A DNA stretch of 32,070 bases from an uncultured bacterium (GTDB taxonomy: Bacteria > Gemmatimonadota > Gemmatimonadetes > Gemmatimonadales > Gemmatimonadaceae): positions 1-32,070 of the forward strand of contig CAXBQP010000035.1 in assembly GCA_963978095.1 (NCBI GenBank), in the 5' to 3' direction. The position numbers and the translations under genes are program-made. The notes below the pieces were generated by a model. The model had not been told where the DNA came from, did not search any database, and was given only the letters and a program-made list of their open reading frames with translations. Shown here in pieces: positions 17,263 through 28,205 of the stretch; positions within the stretch are counted from its first letter, which is position 1, and every line of letters begins with the position of its first letter.

Positions 17263-17810
17263 GCACGCCGTCGGTGGTGGAGCGGGTGACGAAGGAGACG
17301 ACGGTCCGCGTGGCCGCGGTGATCGGGACCGGCGTCGCGGTCGTGGATACGTCCGTGCCCTTTCTGGATCACATGCTGGTGGCACTCGCCAAATACAGTG
17401 GCGTGGATCTCACCGTGTCGGCCACGGGGGATCTGCGGCATCACATCATCGAGGATGTGGCGCTGACGGTGGGGCAGGCGATCGCGGGGATCGTCCCGGT
17501 GGGGGCTGCGCGGTATGGCGAGCGCACGGTGCCGATGGATGAGGCGCTCGTGCAGGCGGTCCTCGATGCGGGGGGGCGGCCCTATTATCAGGGTCCGGTC
17601 CCGAGCTCGCTCTATGAGCACTGGTTCCGTTCGTTCTGCGATGCCGCGCGTTTCACGCTGCACCTCCGCGTGTTCCGCGGGACGGATCGTCATCACATCG
17701 TGGAGGCGGCGTTCAAGGCGCTGGGGTTCTGTTTGCGACAGGCGCTGGCTGACACGGGCAGTGTGTTCAGCACCAAGGGGGCGGTGTCGGTGCAGCAGGA
17801 CGTGCCGTGA
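17259..17810 (+). CDS. hisB: Imidazoleglycerol-phosphate dehydratase (monofunctional)
   Basis: [38 protein letters not shown]. Confidence 0.96.
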   Translation: MSTPSVVERVTKETTVRVAAVIGTGVAVVDTSVPFLDHMLVALAKYSGVDLTVSATGDLRHHIIEDVALTVGQAIAGIVPVGAARYGERTVPMDEALVQAVLDAGGRPYYQGPVPSSLYEHWFRSFCDAARFTLHLRVFRGTDRHHIVEAAFKALGFCLRQALADTGSVFSTKGAVSVQQDVP

Positions 17811-18574
17811 GCCTCATGCGACGGGTGATCGTCTGCCTGGATGTGCAGGCGGGGCGCGTGGTGAAAGGCACGCAGTTCGTGGGCCTGCGCGACGTGGGCG
17901 ATCCGGTGGAACTCGCGGAACGCTACGAGCGGGACGGGGCTGACGAGCTGGTGTTCCTGGACATCGCCGCGACCCACGAGGAACGGGCGACCTTGTTCGA
18001 CCTGGCGAGGCGCACCGCGGAGCGGGTGTTCATTCCACTCACGATCGGGGGCGGCATTCGGTCCGCGGCGGATATCGGGTTGGCGTTGCGCGCGGGCGCG
18101 GACAAGGTCGCCGTGAACTCTGCCGGGGTGCGCGATCCGTCGATCTTCACCGCCGGCGCCGAACGGTTCGGGGCGCAGTGCGTGGTGGCGAGCATCGATG
18201 CCAAGCGTGAAGGGGACTCGTGGCGCGTGTACACCGCTGGCGGACGGAAGCCGACGGGACTCGACGCCGTGGAATGGGCCCGTGAAGTCGTCGCGCGCGG
18301 AGCCGGGGAGATCCTGCTCACGAGCATCGACCGCGACGGCGCGCGCGACGGCTACGACGTGGCGCTCACGCGCGCGATCGCGCGCGCGGTGGCAGTGCCA
18401 GTGATCGCGAGCGGCGGGGCCGGGAACGCCGCGCACGTGTGTGCGGCGATCCGCGAGGGGGAAGCCGATGCGGCGCTCGTCGCGGGGATCCTGCACGATG
18501 GTGTCACCACCGTGGCCGCCCTCAAGGAGGCGATGCATGCGGCGCAGATCCCGGTGCGCGCGGTGGCGGCATGA
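17807..18574 (+). CDS. hisF: Imidazole glycerol phosphate synthase, cyclase subunit
   Basis: [46 protein letters not shown]. Confidence 0.97.
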   Translation: MSLMRRVIVCLDVQAGRVVKGTQFVGLRDVGDPVELAERYERDGADELVFLDIAATHEERATLFDLARRTAERVFIPLTIGGGIRSAADIGLALRAGADKVAVNSAGVRDPSIFTAGAERFGAQCVVASIDAKREGDSWRVYTAGGRKPTGLDAVEWAREVVARGAGEILLTSIDRDGARDGYDVALTRAIARAVAVPVIASGGAGNAAHVCAAIREGEADAALVAGILHDGVTTVAALKEAMHAAQIPVRAVAA

Positions 18575-19353
18575 CGCGCGCCTCGATCGAGTCATTGATG
18601 CACGCGGCGGGCGAAGCCGCGGCGCTCGCGGCGTCCGTTGCGATGCGACATTACCGCACTGGCATCGCGGTCGAGACCAAGGGGGACGGAAGCCCCGTCA
18701 CGGTCGCGGATCGCGGCGCGGAGGAGCGGGTCCGTGCCTGGATCAGCGAGCGCTTTCCGGGCGATGCCGTGCTGGGCGAGGAGTTCGGTGATTCCGGCGG
18801 CACCACCGGTCGCCGATGGATCATCGATCCGATCGACGGCACCAAGGCGTTCGTGCGCGGCGTCCCGCTCTGGGGATCGCTCGTGGCGGTGGTCGACGGC
18901 GATACCGTGGTGGCGGGTGCGGCGAATTTTCCGGGGGTCGGGGAGGCGCTGGTGGCGGCGAACAGCTGTGGGTGCTGGCACAACGGCGCACGCGCGCAGG
19001 TGAGCGCCGTGGATTCGCTCGACGCGGCGACCATTCTGATCACGGATCCCCGTACGAACCGCCCACCGATCACGCCCGGGGGATGGGATCGTCTCGCCCG
19101 CCGCGCCGCCGTGTGTCGCAGCTGGGGGGATGCCTACGGCTATCTCCTCGTCGCCAGCGGTCGCGCCGATGTGATGATCGACCCCATCGTGAATCCGTGG
19201 GATGTCGCCTGCTTCCAGCCGATCATCACCGAAGCTGGCGGAGTGTTCACCGATCTCAACGGCGTGCCGAGCCCGTTCGGCGGCCATGCCATGGCGTCCA
19301 ATGCGGTCCTCGCGCATGACGCGCGGACCCTCCTCACGAGCCCCGATGCTTGA
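18571..19353 (+). CDS. hisN: Histidinol-phosphate phosphatase, inositol monophosphatase family
   Basis: [34 protein letters not shown]; lies within the his operon next to a monofunctional hisB. Confidence 0.9.
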   Translation: MTRASIESLMHAAGEAAALAASVAMRHYRTGIAVETKGDGSPVTVADRGAEERVRAWISERFPGDAVLGEEFGDSGGTTGRRWIIDPIDGTKAFVRGVPLWGSLVAVVDGDTVVAGAANFPGVGEALVAANSCGCWHNGARAQVSAVDSLDAATILITDPRTNRPPITPGGWDRLARRAAVCRSWGDAYGYLLVASGRADVMIDPIVNPWDVACFQPIITEAGGVFTDLNGVPSPFGGHAMASNAVLAHDARTLLTSPDA

Positions 19354-19939
19354 TCTCGATGCGCTGGACTTCACGAAGGGCGACGGTCTGGTGAGCGTCG
19401 TCACGCAGGATGCGCGGTCCGGCCAGGTGTTGATGACCGCATTCGCGGATCGGGAAGCCCTCGAACGCACGCTCGCCACCGGCGAGATGCACTACCGCTC
19501 GCGCACCCGCGGACTCTGGCACAAAGGGGGGACGAGCGGACATGTCCAGCGGGTGATGTCGCTCACGGCGGACTGCGATCGCGACGCGGTGCTCGCGCGG
19601 GTGATCCCGGCGGGCCCGGCCTGTCATACCGGGGCCATCACCTGCTTCGGTGACGGCGCCGCCGAGGAACTCGGCGCACTCGACGGCACGATCGCGTCTC
19701 GTCGGAGCGCCGCGGCCGGTGCGAGTTATACCGCCACGCTGTTCGCCGACCGCAACCTGCGCCTCAAGAAAATCGGCGAGGAATCGAGCGAGTTCGTGAC
19801 CGCGTGCGCCGATGGCGATCGGTCGCGCGCGACCGAGGAGGCGGCCGATCTGATCTATCATGCCTTGGTGGCGTTGCACGCCGTCGGGGGCTCCCTCGAC
19901 GGCGTGCGGGACGTGCTGCGGACGCGGGCGCGAGGGTGA
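19346..19939 (+). CDS. hisIE: Bifunctional phosphoribosyl-AMP cyclohydrolase / phosphoribosyl-ATP pyrophosphatase
   Basis: LWHKGGTSG, DCDRD, PACHTG..TCF, KKIGEE, EAADLIYH. Confidence 0.96.
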   Translation: MLDLDALDFTKGDGLVSVVTQDARSGQVLMTAFADREALERTLATGEMHYRSRTRGLWHKGGTSGHVQRVMSLTADCDRDAVLARVIPAGPACHTGAITCFGDGAAEELGALDGTIASRRSAAAGASYTATLFADRNLRLKKIGEESSEFVTACADGDRSRATEEAADLIYHALVALHAVGGSLDGVRDVLRTRARG

Positions 19940-21241
19940 TCAGAAATCGAGGAGACGCTCGCGACGGATCTTCGAGGGGTCGCCGATGTACGCCCACCGC
20001 ACATTCTGGAAGTAGCGGCGCATGACACGCTGGATGTCGGTCCCCTTCACGTTGCGGAGATCTTGGACGAACCGTTCACCGGCGCGGAAGTCTCCCCGGT
20101 ACAGCTGATTGCGGGCCAGGAAATCCGCCTGCGCCCCGATCGTTTCGTTCTCGAGGAAGTACTCGGTGATGAACTGCTGGATCAGGGGGCGCAGCAGCTG
20201 GGTGTCGATCGTCAGATCCTTGAGCGCCCGCACTTCGTTGCGCATGATCGTGATGGTCTGCTCGGGATCGTTCGTGGTGACGTACAGTCCGATCGTGGTG
20301 AGCCCGTGATCGCGGAAGCTCGACGAGACCGCGTAGGTGAGATTGCGCTTGCTGCGGATCTCGCTGAAGAGACGTCCCGAGAGGACGGCGGTCGCCACGC
20401 GCAGCGGTGCGGCATCCGGTGAATCCGCGCGGGGTCCCAGGAAATACCCCTGCAGATAGTTCGTCGGGAGCGATCGCTTCAGGAAGACCGCATCGGCGCG
20501 CACGGTGACGAGCGTGTCGGGCGCCGTCCAGAGGTAGTTGCCGACGGGCAACCGTCCGATGCTCGTGGTGATCAACGCCTCGATCCGCTCGCGCGAGACG
20601 TCACCGACCACCACCAGCAGCATGCGCGACGTCACGATCTCGCTCTTGTGATACGCGCGCAGTTGCGCGGCGGTGATTCGGGAGACCGCGGATGCGGAAC
20701 CCACCGGATCGAGCGCGAACGGCGAACCGGCGAAGGTGATGCTGTCGGCCAGATAGTCGAGCGTGGCGTCCGGACTGTCGGCGCGCTGACGGATTCCCGT
20801 CACGAGTTGGTCGCGGATGAACTCCACATCGCTCGTGTCGATGTTCGGTCGCATGAGACGATCCGCGAAGATCGCCCAGGAGGAATCGAGCTCCGTCTTG
20901 GTGGTGCGGAGACCGAAGACGGTCCAGTCCTCCTTGGGGCTCACGCCGATCTCGCTGCCGGTGCGTGCCATCGCACGTCGCAGCGCGTCACGCGAGTAGC
21001 CCTTGGTCCCGCGTTCGGTCACGGCGAGCAGGAAGGTCTCGATGCCGGCATTCGCCGGCGTGAGCTGGCGCACGCCGCCCAGGAGATACAGGTTCGCGAC
21101 CACGATCGACGTGTTCGTACGCCGGTGGATGACCTTCACCCCGGACACCGTGTAGCTCGTCGTGGCGGTGTCGCGTTGAATCTGCGCGCCACTGGGGATC
21201 GAGACGAACAGCAGGAGGGCGCTCAGTACGAAGCGCGTCAT
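19940..21241 (-). CDS. M16 (pitrilysin) family protein, probable non-catalytic subunit
   Basis: Start MTRFVLSALLL overlapping the upstream stop; signal peptide; SGRLFSEIRSKRNLTY (R/Y pair); lacks HxxEH. Confidence 0.88.
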   Translation of the reverse strand: MTRFVLSALLLFVSIPSGAQIQRDTATTSYTVSGVKVIHRRTNTSIVVANLYLLGGVRQLTPANAGIETFLLAVTERGTKGYSRDALRRAMARTGSEIGVSPKEDWTVFGLRTTKTELDSSWAIFADRLMRPNIDTSDVEFIRDQLVTGIRQRADSPDATLDYLADSITFAGSPFALDPVGSASAVSRITAAQLRAYHKSEIVTSRMLLVVVGDVSRERIEALITTSIGRLPVGNYLWTAPDTLVTVRADAVFLKRSLPTNYLQGYFLGPRADSPDAAPLRVATAVLSGRLFSEIRSKRNLTYAVSSSFRDHGLTTIGLYVTTNDPEQTITIMRNEVRALKDLTIDTQLLRPLIQQFITEYFLENETIGAQADFLARNQLYRGDFRAGERFVQDLRNVKGTDIQRVMRRYFQNVRWAYIGDPSKIRRERLLDF

Positions 21242-22686
21242 GGCACGGTCTCCCCGAGCCGGGCGAGCTCGTCCGGCGTGAGTTTGAGCTTGGCGCGATC
21301 GGCGGGCGTCATCATCACCCCGACGATATGCGGTTTGCCGATGATGTACTTGGTGGCGTAGGACCGCAGATCGGCGGGAGTGCGTTTGGCCATCTCGTCC
21401 ACGTATTTCATGTAGTACTCGAGCCCGGAGGCAGCCCACCAGAAGCCGATGGTGTGCGAGAAATCGCTGGCTTTCTCGCGTCCGAACGCGCTCGACACGG
21501 CACGCGACGCTTTGGTGGCCTCGAGTTCCTCCTGCGTGAAGTAGCCGGGCTTGGTGGAGGCCTCGAGTTCCTTGTACAGGGCAGCCATCGCCGGGCGGAG
21601 CTTGTCGGCTGACGTCTGCCCGCTGACCGAGATCGGGCCGACGTTGTTGAGCGTGTAGTAGTTGACCGCCACGCCCTGCCAGAGTCCGCTGTCCACGAGC
21701 TTCTTCTGGAAGCGTGACTGCTGGTTGTTCAGCACGTCGGAGTACACGTCGGCCACGAACGTCGCGGCCTCGTCCTTGCGCACACTCGGACCGTGCCACT
21801 GGATCACGACGCTGACGGCATTCACATCCTCTTCGACGATCACCCCGTCGCTCTTGGTGAGCGGGGGGATCGGCGGCACCGGCGCCTTCACGAAGGGATC
21901 ATCCCCGCGCTTCCACGGCGAGAAGATCCGCTCCGCCAGCGCGAAAGCCTGCGCCGGATTCACGTCGCCCGTGATGATGAGCACCGAGTTGTTCGGCACG
22001 TAGTAGAGATCGCGGATGTACCGCATCTTGTCCGGGGTGGTCGTGCTGATCACCTTGCGGTCACCGATCACGTTCTTGCGGCTCCACTCGGTGGTCCAGA
22101 GCTTCTTGCCCATCGCCTCTTCCAACCGGAAGAAGGGGGAGGACTCATTGCGGTCGTATTCACCGATCACGACCTGCCGCTCACGCTCGAGTTCGTCGGG
22201 GCGGAACTTCGGGGCGAGCAGGGGCGCGACGAGGAACTTCAGCCCGGCTTCGAGCGAGTCCGACGAGAGCGTCAGGAAGTAGTTGACCTGCTCCTCGCGC
22301 GTGCTGGCATTGAACACCGCCCCGAGCTCCGACGCGCGATCGATGTACTGATCAGGATTCGGATATTGATCGTTGGCCTTGAAGTACATGTGCTCGTACA
22401 GGTGGGCGAGCCCGGCATACTCCGGCGTCTGTGTGAAGCTCCCGTTCCGTACCGTGATCTCCGCGGTCACGATCGGTACGCCGTGCGACTCGAACACGAT
22501 CACTTCGAGTCCGTTGGGGAGCACCTTGCGCTGGATGACCTTCTCCAACTCGGCGCGTTGCGCGCGTGCCGGCGCTGCCGTGGCCGCAACAAGCGCGCCA
22601 GCCGCCACACTGGACAGCGCAACGGTCGCCACGATGGTCGGTACGCTGGCGATCTGCCGCCAGCGCTTGTTGATTTCCTTCATCAT
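21238..22686 (-). CDS. M16 (pitrilysin) family zinc peptidase, catalytic subunit
   Basis: Signal peptide ending APARA; LPNGLEV, GLAHLYEHMYFK (HxxEH), NAST, ERQVVIGE, YYVPNNS. Confidence 0.93.
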   Translation of the reverse strand: MMKEINKRWRQIASVPTIVATVALSSVAAGALVAATAAPARAQRAELEKVIQRKVLPNGLEVIVFESHGVPIVTAEITVRNGSFTQTPEYAGLAHLYEHMYFKANDQYPNPDQYIDRASELGAVFNASTREEQVNYFLTLSSDSLEAGLKFLVAPLLAPKFRPDELERERQVVIGEYDRNESSPFFRLEEAMGKKLWTTEWSRKNVIGDRKVISTTTPDKMRYIRDLYYVPNNSVLIITGDVNPAQAFALAERIFSPWKRGDDPFVKAPVPPIPPLTKSDGVIVEEDVNAVSVVIQWHGPSVRKDEAATFVADVYSDVLNNQQSRFQKKLVDSGLWQGVAVNYYTLNNVGPISVSGQTSADKLRPAMAALYKELEASTKPGYFTQEELEATKASRAVSSAFGREKASDFSHTIGFWWAASGLEYYMKYVDEMAKRTPADLRSYATKYIIGKPHIVGVMMTPADRAKLKLTPDELARLGETVP

Positions 22687-23653
22687 GTCCCGTGAAGTCT
22701 CCGCCCCGGCCCAATCGCCCGACGCGATGCGTGAAGCGCTCCGCGGCGGGATCGCCGTTGAGCGACTACGAACTGCCGTCCCGCTGGCCCCCCGTACCTC
22801 GTTCAGGATCGGTGGGCCCGCGGACCTCCTGTACGATGCCACCACGGCAGAGGAACTCGCCAGCGCCGTGACCGCCGCCCGGGCCGCCGGGATCCCCTGG
22901 TTCGTGCTCGGCCTGGGGGCCAACATCCTGGTCGGCGACAAGGGATTCCGTGGCCTCGTCATCAGAAACACGGCAGCGCACCTGGAGTTTCCCGACGCCG
23001 AGCGGATCCGCGCCGAAAGCGGCACGACCGTCGCCGATCTCATCAAAATCGCGGTCGGGAAGGGGCTCTCCGGGCTCGAGCACTATGTGGGGATCCCGAG
23101 CACCGTCGGCGGGGCGGTGTGGCAGAACCTCCACTTCCTCTCGCCCGCCCCGGAACGGGCGCGGACGATGTTCATCGCCGAGGTGGTGGATTCGGTCGAG
23201 CTCCTGCTGGCTGATGGGGCCCGCCGGACCGTCAGTGCCGAGGAGATGGCCTTCGGCTACGACACCAGCCGACTGCACGGCTCCGGGGAGATCGCCCTCG
23301 CGGTCACCTTCAAGCTCGCGCGTGGCGACTCCTTCATGATGCACCGGATCCTCCAGGAGAACCTGAGCTGGCGCGGCTCGCGTCACCCCTGGCTCGAGAT
23401 CCACCCAAGTGCCGGCTCGATCTTCAAGAAGATCGAAGGGGTCGGTGCAGGCCGGCTGATCGATCAGTGCGGACTCAAGGGACACCGGATCGGCGGGGCG
23501 CAGATCTCGCACATCCACGCCAATATCATGGTGAACTTGGGCGGGGCGACCGCGGCCGATGTGCGCGCCCTGATTGCCCATGCCCAGCGGGCGGTGCTGG
23601 AGAAGTTCGGGGAGCGGCTGGAACCCGAGATCGGGTTCATCGGCGACTTTTAG
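22685..23653 (+). CDS. murB: UDP-N-acetylenolpyruvoylglucosamine reductase (start may be 22727)
   Basis: TSFRIGGPAD, LGLGANILVGD, GIPSTVGGA, PSAGSIFK, HANIMVN, LEPEI. Confidence 0.93.
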   Translation: MSREVSAPAQSPDAMREALRGGIAVERLRTAVPLAPRTSFRIGGPADLLYDATTAEELASAVTAARAAGIPWFVLGLGANILVGDKGFRGLVIRNTAAHLEFPDAERIRAESGTTVADLIKIAVGKGLSGLEHYVGIPSTVGGAVWQNLHFLSPAPERARTMFIAEVVDSVELLLADGARRTVSAEEMAFGYDTSRLHGSGEIALAVTFKLARGDSFMMHRILQENLSWRGSRHPWLEIHPSAGSIFKKIEGVGAGRLIDQCGLKGHRIGGAQISHIHANIMVNLGGATAADVRALIAHAQRAVLEKFGERLEPEIGFIGDF

Positions 23654-25923
23654 AACAGCCGTCCGAACAGGAGATCCAGCTTCCAGGGCGCTGCGTGGTC
23701 CACAGGTCGGCCGATCACGAGACCGAACGCACCGCCAAAGAAGCGCAGCCCGGCGGAGATCGTCGTACGCGGCGGACTCGCGGTGCTGGTGTAGTCCGAA
23801 GCGCACGGCGCACCATCGGACGCGGGCACAACCGGATCACTGATCCCCACCGACAGATTCGACCGGGCCAGTGACGCGATCGAGCACGCGTATGGTGGCT
23901 GCGACGTCAGGGCATTGAGCCCGACACTCGCTGGTGTGCCGCCGGGAATCGCCGTCCAGACACTCTGTACGCCAACCGTGATCGCCGGCGCGATCCCGGG
24001 AAGCCAGAAACGCTCGGTCAGCCGGATGGGGCGCTCCAACACGCCGAGTCGGTACATGGCGATCCCGCGGAGCAGCGCCGCTTCGGTTCCCACGAACTCC
24101 TTGTAGTTGTATCCGGCGAGGCCGCTCTCACTGCCGGCCTCGAACAGATACTGCGGCGGAAAATCGCGGCCGAGCATCGTGCCGGCGTCAAAGCGCCCGG
24201 CGTACGTCCATCGCCCACGATTCACGCGCTCCTCGGCCTGAACCTCAAGACGCTGAAACGTCACTTGCCCATCGCCGCGCGTGTATTTGACTTGCGCTCC
24301 CCACCCCGTACGCATGAACTCGGCGTTCGCGTCCGGGTGCCACTGATACACGACCTTCGTGCGAACGTAGTCCCCCGGAGCGATCGATCGGTTGGGGAGA
24401 TAGCGTTTTCCCTTGATCGGTGCCCAGCTCACATGATTGACGGTGGCTTCATCGCGCATCCATCCGCTTTCCACGCGGACGCGTGCGTCGCCACCCAGGA
24501 GATCACGCTGCGCCGAGGCCAGGGCGAAGCCGCGACTGACGTAGTCGTAGCGATCCTGCCCGAAGAACGCACCGATGGTGCCCGCCGAATCGAAGACGTT
24601 GCGGAAATCGTTGGTGTTGTCGAGCGTGCGGCCGACCCGGAGCGCGTAGCGCCATCCCCCGCGCTTGAGCTCGACGGCCACCCGCCCACGCAGGGTCTTC
24701 TCGGTCCACGCATACCCGCCTTGAAGCTGCAGCGTGTAGCCCGGGAGCGTCGCGTTGCCATGGTAGGTGACACCCAGCCCGGTATACAGTCCTTCGATCC
24801 GGTTGAAGCGCCCGAAATCCGAGAGCCGCTCGGCCTGCAACTCGAACGTTCCAGGTCCGTCGCCGCGATACCGCGAGGGCGACACGTCCTTGAAATCGTC
24901 GGCGTGCGTCGCGGAGGTGGCGCTCCCGATTTCTTCTTTCCACGTCCCGTAGGCGGCCAGGGAGTCCAGCGTCGCTTTGGTGAGCGCATGGATCGCGGAC
25001 CGCAGCGTGTCCGCCACCGCCAGATCGGCCTGGGCGGGAGTCTCGATGTCATAGCTTCGGAACCGTGAAACGATCCGGAAGACCGCTTTGGAATCACCGA
25101 GCATCGCAGCCGTGGCCTGGGCCTCGAATCGCTGATAACTCGGCAACCAGAACTCCTGGTTGACTTCGCTGTTCACCAGCTCCACGTAGGCGATGCCTTC
25201 GAGCCTCGTGGCTTTGAGAATCCCCCCGAGCGGCCCTTGCGGCTCTTCCCCGGCCACGGCGAAGGCCCCTCGCATCCGCACGATGTGTTTGCGGTCCATG
25301 TCGAGGTCTACCTCGCCCGTGAACACCACCGAGCGCGCCGGGAGCACGCCGCGGGGCGCCACCTCGAGACGCACGATCCGAATCGTGCGATCGCCGACCT
25401 TGAGTTCTTGAATCGTGTCGCCGCCGGCATAGCGGTAATACCGCTCGCGATCATCGCTCAGCGGATGTACCGCGAACATCGTGCGGCGGTCGTTGGATCC
25501 CCGACCGATCCCGCGACGTCCCGTATCGCTCCCGAACAGCAACGCCAACCGGTTGCCATACAGTGAAGGGACCGCCCAGGAGTTCTGAAGCACGCCGAGC
25601 GTTGAGAACTGCAACCCCGCCGCTTGTTGGCGATACCCGATCACGTGCTGTTCGAACTCGCCGATCCGATTCCACGTGAGGTCGCTCGCGACCTGCTCGA
25701 GCGTCAGCGCATTCTCGGCGCCCACCCCATTGGTGGCACCAACGGAGATCTCGCTCTCCAGTTGTGCGTGATACCGACCAAGCGTCGCGGGCACCCGGTG
25801 ATTGATGCGCGCCGCCTCCGTCACCAGCGCGCGCAACGCTGGGGTTCGATACGTACTGGTATCCACACCCTGCGTCACCCCCGTGACGGCGATGATCTGC
25901 AGGGCCAATGCGACTGACAACAT
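23650..25923 (-). CDS. Probable outer-membrane beta-barrel protein
   Basis: N-terminal signal-like segment, RFNRIEGLYTG, alternating aromatic/polar strands in the C-terminal half, terminal Phe (LLFGRLF). Confidence 0.65.
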   Translation of the reverse strand: MLSVALALQIIAVTGVTQGVDTSTYRTPALRALVTEAARINHRVPATLGRYHAQLESEISVGATNGVGAENALTLEQVASDLTWNRIGEFEQHVIGYRQQAAGLQFSTLGVLQNSWAVPSLYGNRLALLFGSDTGRRGIGRGSNDRRTMFAVHPLSDDRERYYRYAGGDTIQELKVGDRTIRIVRLEVAPRGVLPARSVVFTGEVDLDMDRKHIVRMRGAFAVAGEEPQGPLGGILKATRLEGIAYVELVNSEVNQEFWLPSYQRFEAQATAAMLGDSKAVFRIVSRFRSYDIETPAQADLAVADTLRSAIHALTKATLDSLAAYGTWKEEIGSATSATHADDFKDVSPSRYRGDGPGTFELQAERLSDFGRFNRIEGLYTGLGVTYHGNATLPGYTLQLQGGYAWTEKTLRGRVAVELKRGGWRYALRVGRTLDNTNDFRNVFDSAGTIGAFFGQDRYDYVSRGFALASAQRDLLGGDARVRVESGWMRDEATVNHVSWAPIKGKRYLPNRSIAPGDYVRTKVVYQWHPDANAEFMRTGWGAQVKYTRGDGQVTFQRLEVQAEERVNRGRWTYAGRFDAGTMLGRDFPPQYLFEAGSESGLAGYNYKEFVGTEAALLRGIAMYRLGVLERPIRLTERFWLPGIAPAITVGVQSVWTAIPGGTPASVGLNALTSQPPYACSIASLARSNLSVGISDPVVPASDGAPCASDYTSTASPPRTTISAGLRFFGGAFGLVIGRPVDHAAPWKLDLLFGRLF

Positions 25924-25953
25924 GTTCTACCGGGCTCGGGGGGGGGAGGACGA

Positions 25954-27258
25954 TCACACCGTCGCGAACGGCTTCTCCAGACTGGGGCTCTGCGGCGTGA
26001 ACAACTCGGCGCCGTTCTCGGTGATGACCATGTCATCCTCGAGACGGATCCCGAACTCACCCGGGATGTAGATCCCTGGCTCGTCGCTGAACACCATGCC
26101 GGGCTGCAGCGGGAGCTTGTTGCCGCGCACGAGATACGGCCACTCGTGCCCGTCCATCCCCATGCCGTGTCCGACGCGATGGCCGAAGAACTTGTAGTCG
26201 GGACCGAAGCCGGCGTCGGTGATCACCTTGCGCGCGGCGGCATCGACCGCCTCGCACGCGAGGCCCGGACGCGCGGTCTTCACCGCGGTCGTCTGCGCCT
26301 TGTGTTCGATCTCGAACACGTCCTTCATCCGCTGCGTCGGCTTGCCGAGCACGAAGGTGCGCGAGATGTCGCTGCTGTACCCTTCGACCTTGCAGCCGCC
26401 GTCCATCAGCAGGATCGAACCCTCACGCACCACCTGCGGCGTGGCCGACCCGTGCGGAAGCGCGGAGAACTTCCCGACCTGCACGCCCGCTGAGCCCGAG
26501 AAGCCGAGCTGCGTGTGCGCCTGCGCGACGAGCGTCGCGAACTGATCCTGCGTCATCCCTTCCTTGAGCGACTTCCACGCCGCCTCATACGCCTTGAGCG
26601 TCACCTGGCTCGCGAGTCGCATGAGCGCGATCTCGTGCGTGTCCTTCACCATGCGGCATCCCGCAGTGACAGGTGTGCCTAACACGACCTTCACCGCCGG
26701 GAGATGCATCGCGCCGTCCACGTACTGGAAACGCACCGTCTCCTCGACGCCGATCGTCGCGGTGGACATCCCGCGCGCCTTGAATCCCTTGGCGATCAGC
26801 TCGTAGGGGCTCTCGTCCTCCTCCCACGCATAGACATCGGCATCCTTGCCGAGCGGGCCGAGGTGCGCCTGTTCCATGGCGCGCTCCTCTTCGAACTTCG
26901 GCGTCACGAGGAAGGCCGAGCCCTTCACCGGGATGATCGCCGCGAGCAAGCGCTCGCTCACACCCCAGCGGATCCCCGTGAAGTACTCCATCGAGGTGCC
27001 GCCGGTGAGCATGAGGGCATCGATGTTGTTGGCCTTCATCAACGCACGCGCTTTCTCGAGACGGGCACGTCGTTCGTCCACGGTGATCGGCTTGGCGAGC
27101 GCCTTCATGGAGGTCAAGGCTTTGATCGCCGGCGGCAGATCGGAAGCGGCGGGCTTCCCCTGCGCCTGAGCGACGCCCGCGTGCACGGGGTCAGCCCCGA
27201 GTGCGAGCGCGGCGGCCGAGGCGGCGGAAACCGAGAAGAAATCGCGACGAGTCGTCAT
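25954..27258 (-). CDS. Tat-exported Xaa-Pro aminopeptidase (M24 family)
   Basis: MTTRRDFF twin-arginine signal; LPHG, MDGG, YSSDISRT, HRVGHGMGMDGHE, DEPGIY, GIRLED. Confidence 0.95.
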   Translation of the reverse strand: MTTRRDFFSVSAASAAALALGADPVHAGVAQAQGKPAASDLPPAIKALTSMKALAKPITVDERRARLEKARALMKANNIDALMLTGGTSMEYFTGIRWGVSERLLAAIIPVKGSAFLVTPKFEEERAMEQAHLGPLGKDADVYAWEEDESPYELIAKGFKARGMSTATIGVEETVRFQYVDGAMHLPAVKVVLGTPVTAGCRMVKDTHEIALMRLASQVTLKAYEAAWKSLKEGMTQDQFATLVAQAHTQLGFSGSAGVQVGKFSALPHGSATPQVVREGSILLMDGGCKVEGYSSDISRTFVLGKPTQRMKDVFEIEHKAQTTAVKTARPGLACEAVDAAARKVITDAGFGPDYKFFGHRVGHGMGMDGHEWPYLVRGNKLPLQPGMVFSDEPGIYIPGEFGIRLEDDMVITENGAELFTPQSPSLEKPFATV

Positions 27259-27358
27259 GGTCGGTGGGCAGGTTGGTCGAGCGCGAAGAAGGCTACCTCC
27301 ATCTATTATACGATGCGGCGAGCGCTCGTGATTTCCCACGTGATGTCCAGGAGTTCTT

Positions 27359-27982
27359 GTGGTAGCCAGCGGTCTGTTCGCGAGGGAGGGGGTGACTCGC
27401 TGTGCGTGGTGCCAGGCGGGCCCGGATTACATCGCATACCACGACCACGAGTGGGGGTTTCCGGTGCGGGACGATCGCCGGCTGTTCGAGAAGATTTCGC
27501 TCGAAGGGTTCCAGAGCGGGTTGAGCTGGCTGACGATCCTCCGGAAGCGGGAGAACTTCCGTCGCGCATTCGCCGGGTTCGATCCCGAGCAGGTGGCCCG
27601 CTTCGGCCCCCGGGATGTGGACCGGCTGCTCGGGGATGTCGGGATCGTCAGGCACCGCGGGAAGATCGAGAGCGTGATCAACAACGCGCGGCGCTATCTC
27701 GAGCTCGTGGCGACGGAGGGGTCGCTGGCAGAGTTCGTGTGGCGGTTCGAGCCCGACCCGGCGTCACGCCCGCGGCGGATCACCTGGGAGGCGCTCCGGG
27801 CGATGCCGACGACCCCCGAGTCCACCGCACTCAGCAAGGAGCTCAAGGATCGCGGGTGGACGTTCGTGGGGCCGACCACCGCCTATGCGTTCATGCAGGC
27901 GATGGGGATGGTGAATGATCATGTGGAGGGGTGTCGCGTCCGGGGGGTGGTCGCGTCTGACCGGCAAACCGCTGATTTTTGA
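27359..27982 (+). CDS. tag: DNA-3-methyladenine glycosylase I
   Basis: RCAW, YHDHEWG, LEGFQSGLSWLTILRKR, IVRHRGKI, FVGPTTAYAFMQAMGMVNDH..C. Confidence 0.97.
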   Translation: MVASGLFAREGVTRCAWCQAGPDYIAYHDHEWGFPVRDDRRLFEKISLEGFQSGLSWLTILRKRENFRRAFAGFDPEQVARFGPRDVDRLLGDVGIVRHRGKIESVINNARRYLELVATEGSLAEFVWRFEPDPASRPRRITWEALRAMPTTPESTALSKELKDRGWTFVGPTTAYAFMQAMGMVNDHVEGCRVRGVVASDRQTADF

Positions 27983-28205
27983 GGGCAATAGGTGATTTGG
28001 GACGGTAACACCGTCCGAAAGAGCCTGATTTGGACGGCGGTACCATCTATTGTCAGGACGGGCATTTGTTCACCCGCTGCCGCCTGTGCGGCGCCAACTC
28101 CCTCCGCGTGGTGCCCATCACGGAATCGCTGCGGGGGATCGTGCCGGGAGAGCCGCTCGTGGGGTAAGATCCCGCGAGTCGCGCACTCCCTGTCCGACCG
28201 TCTGA

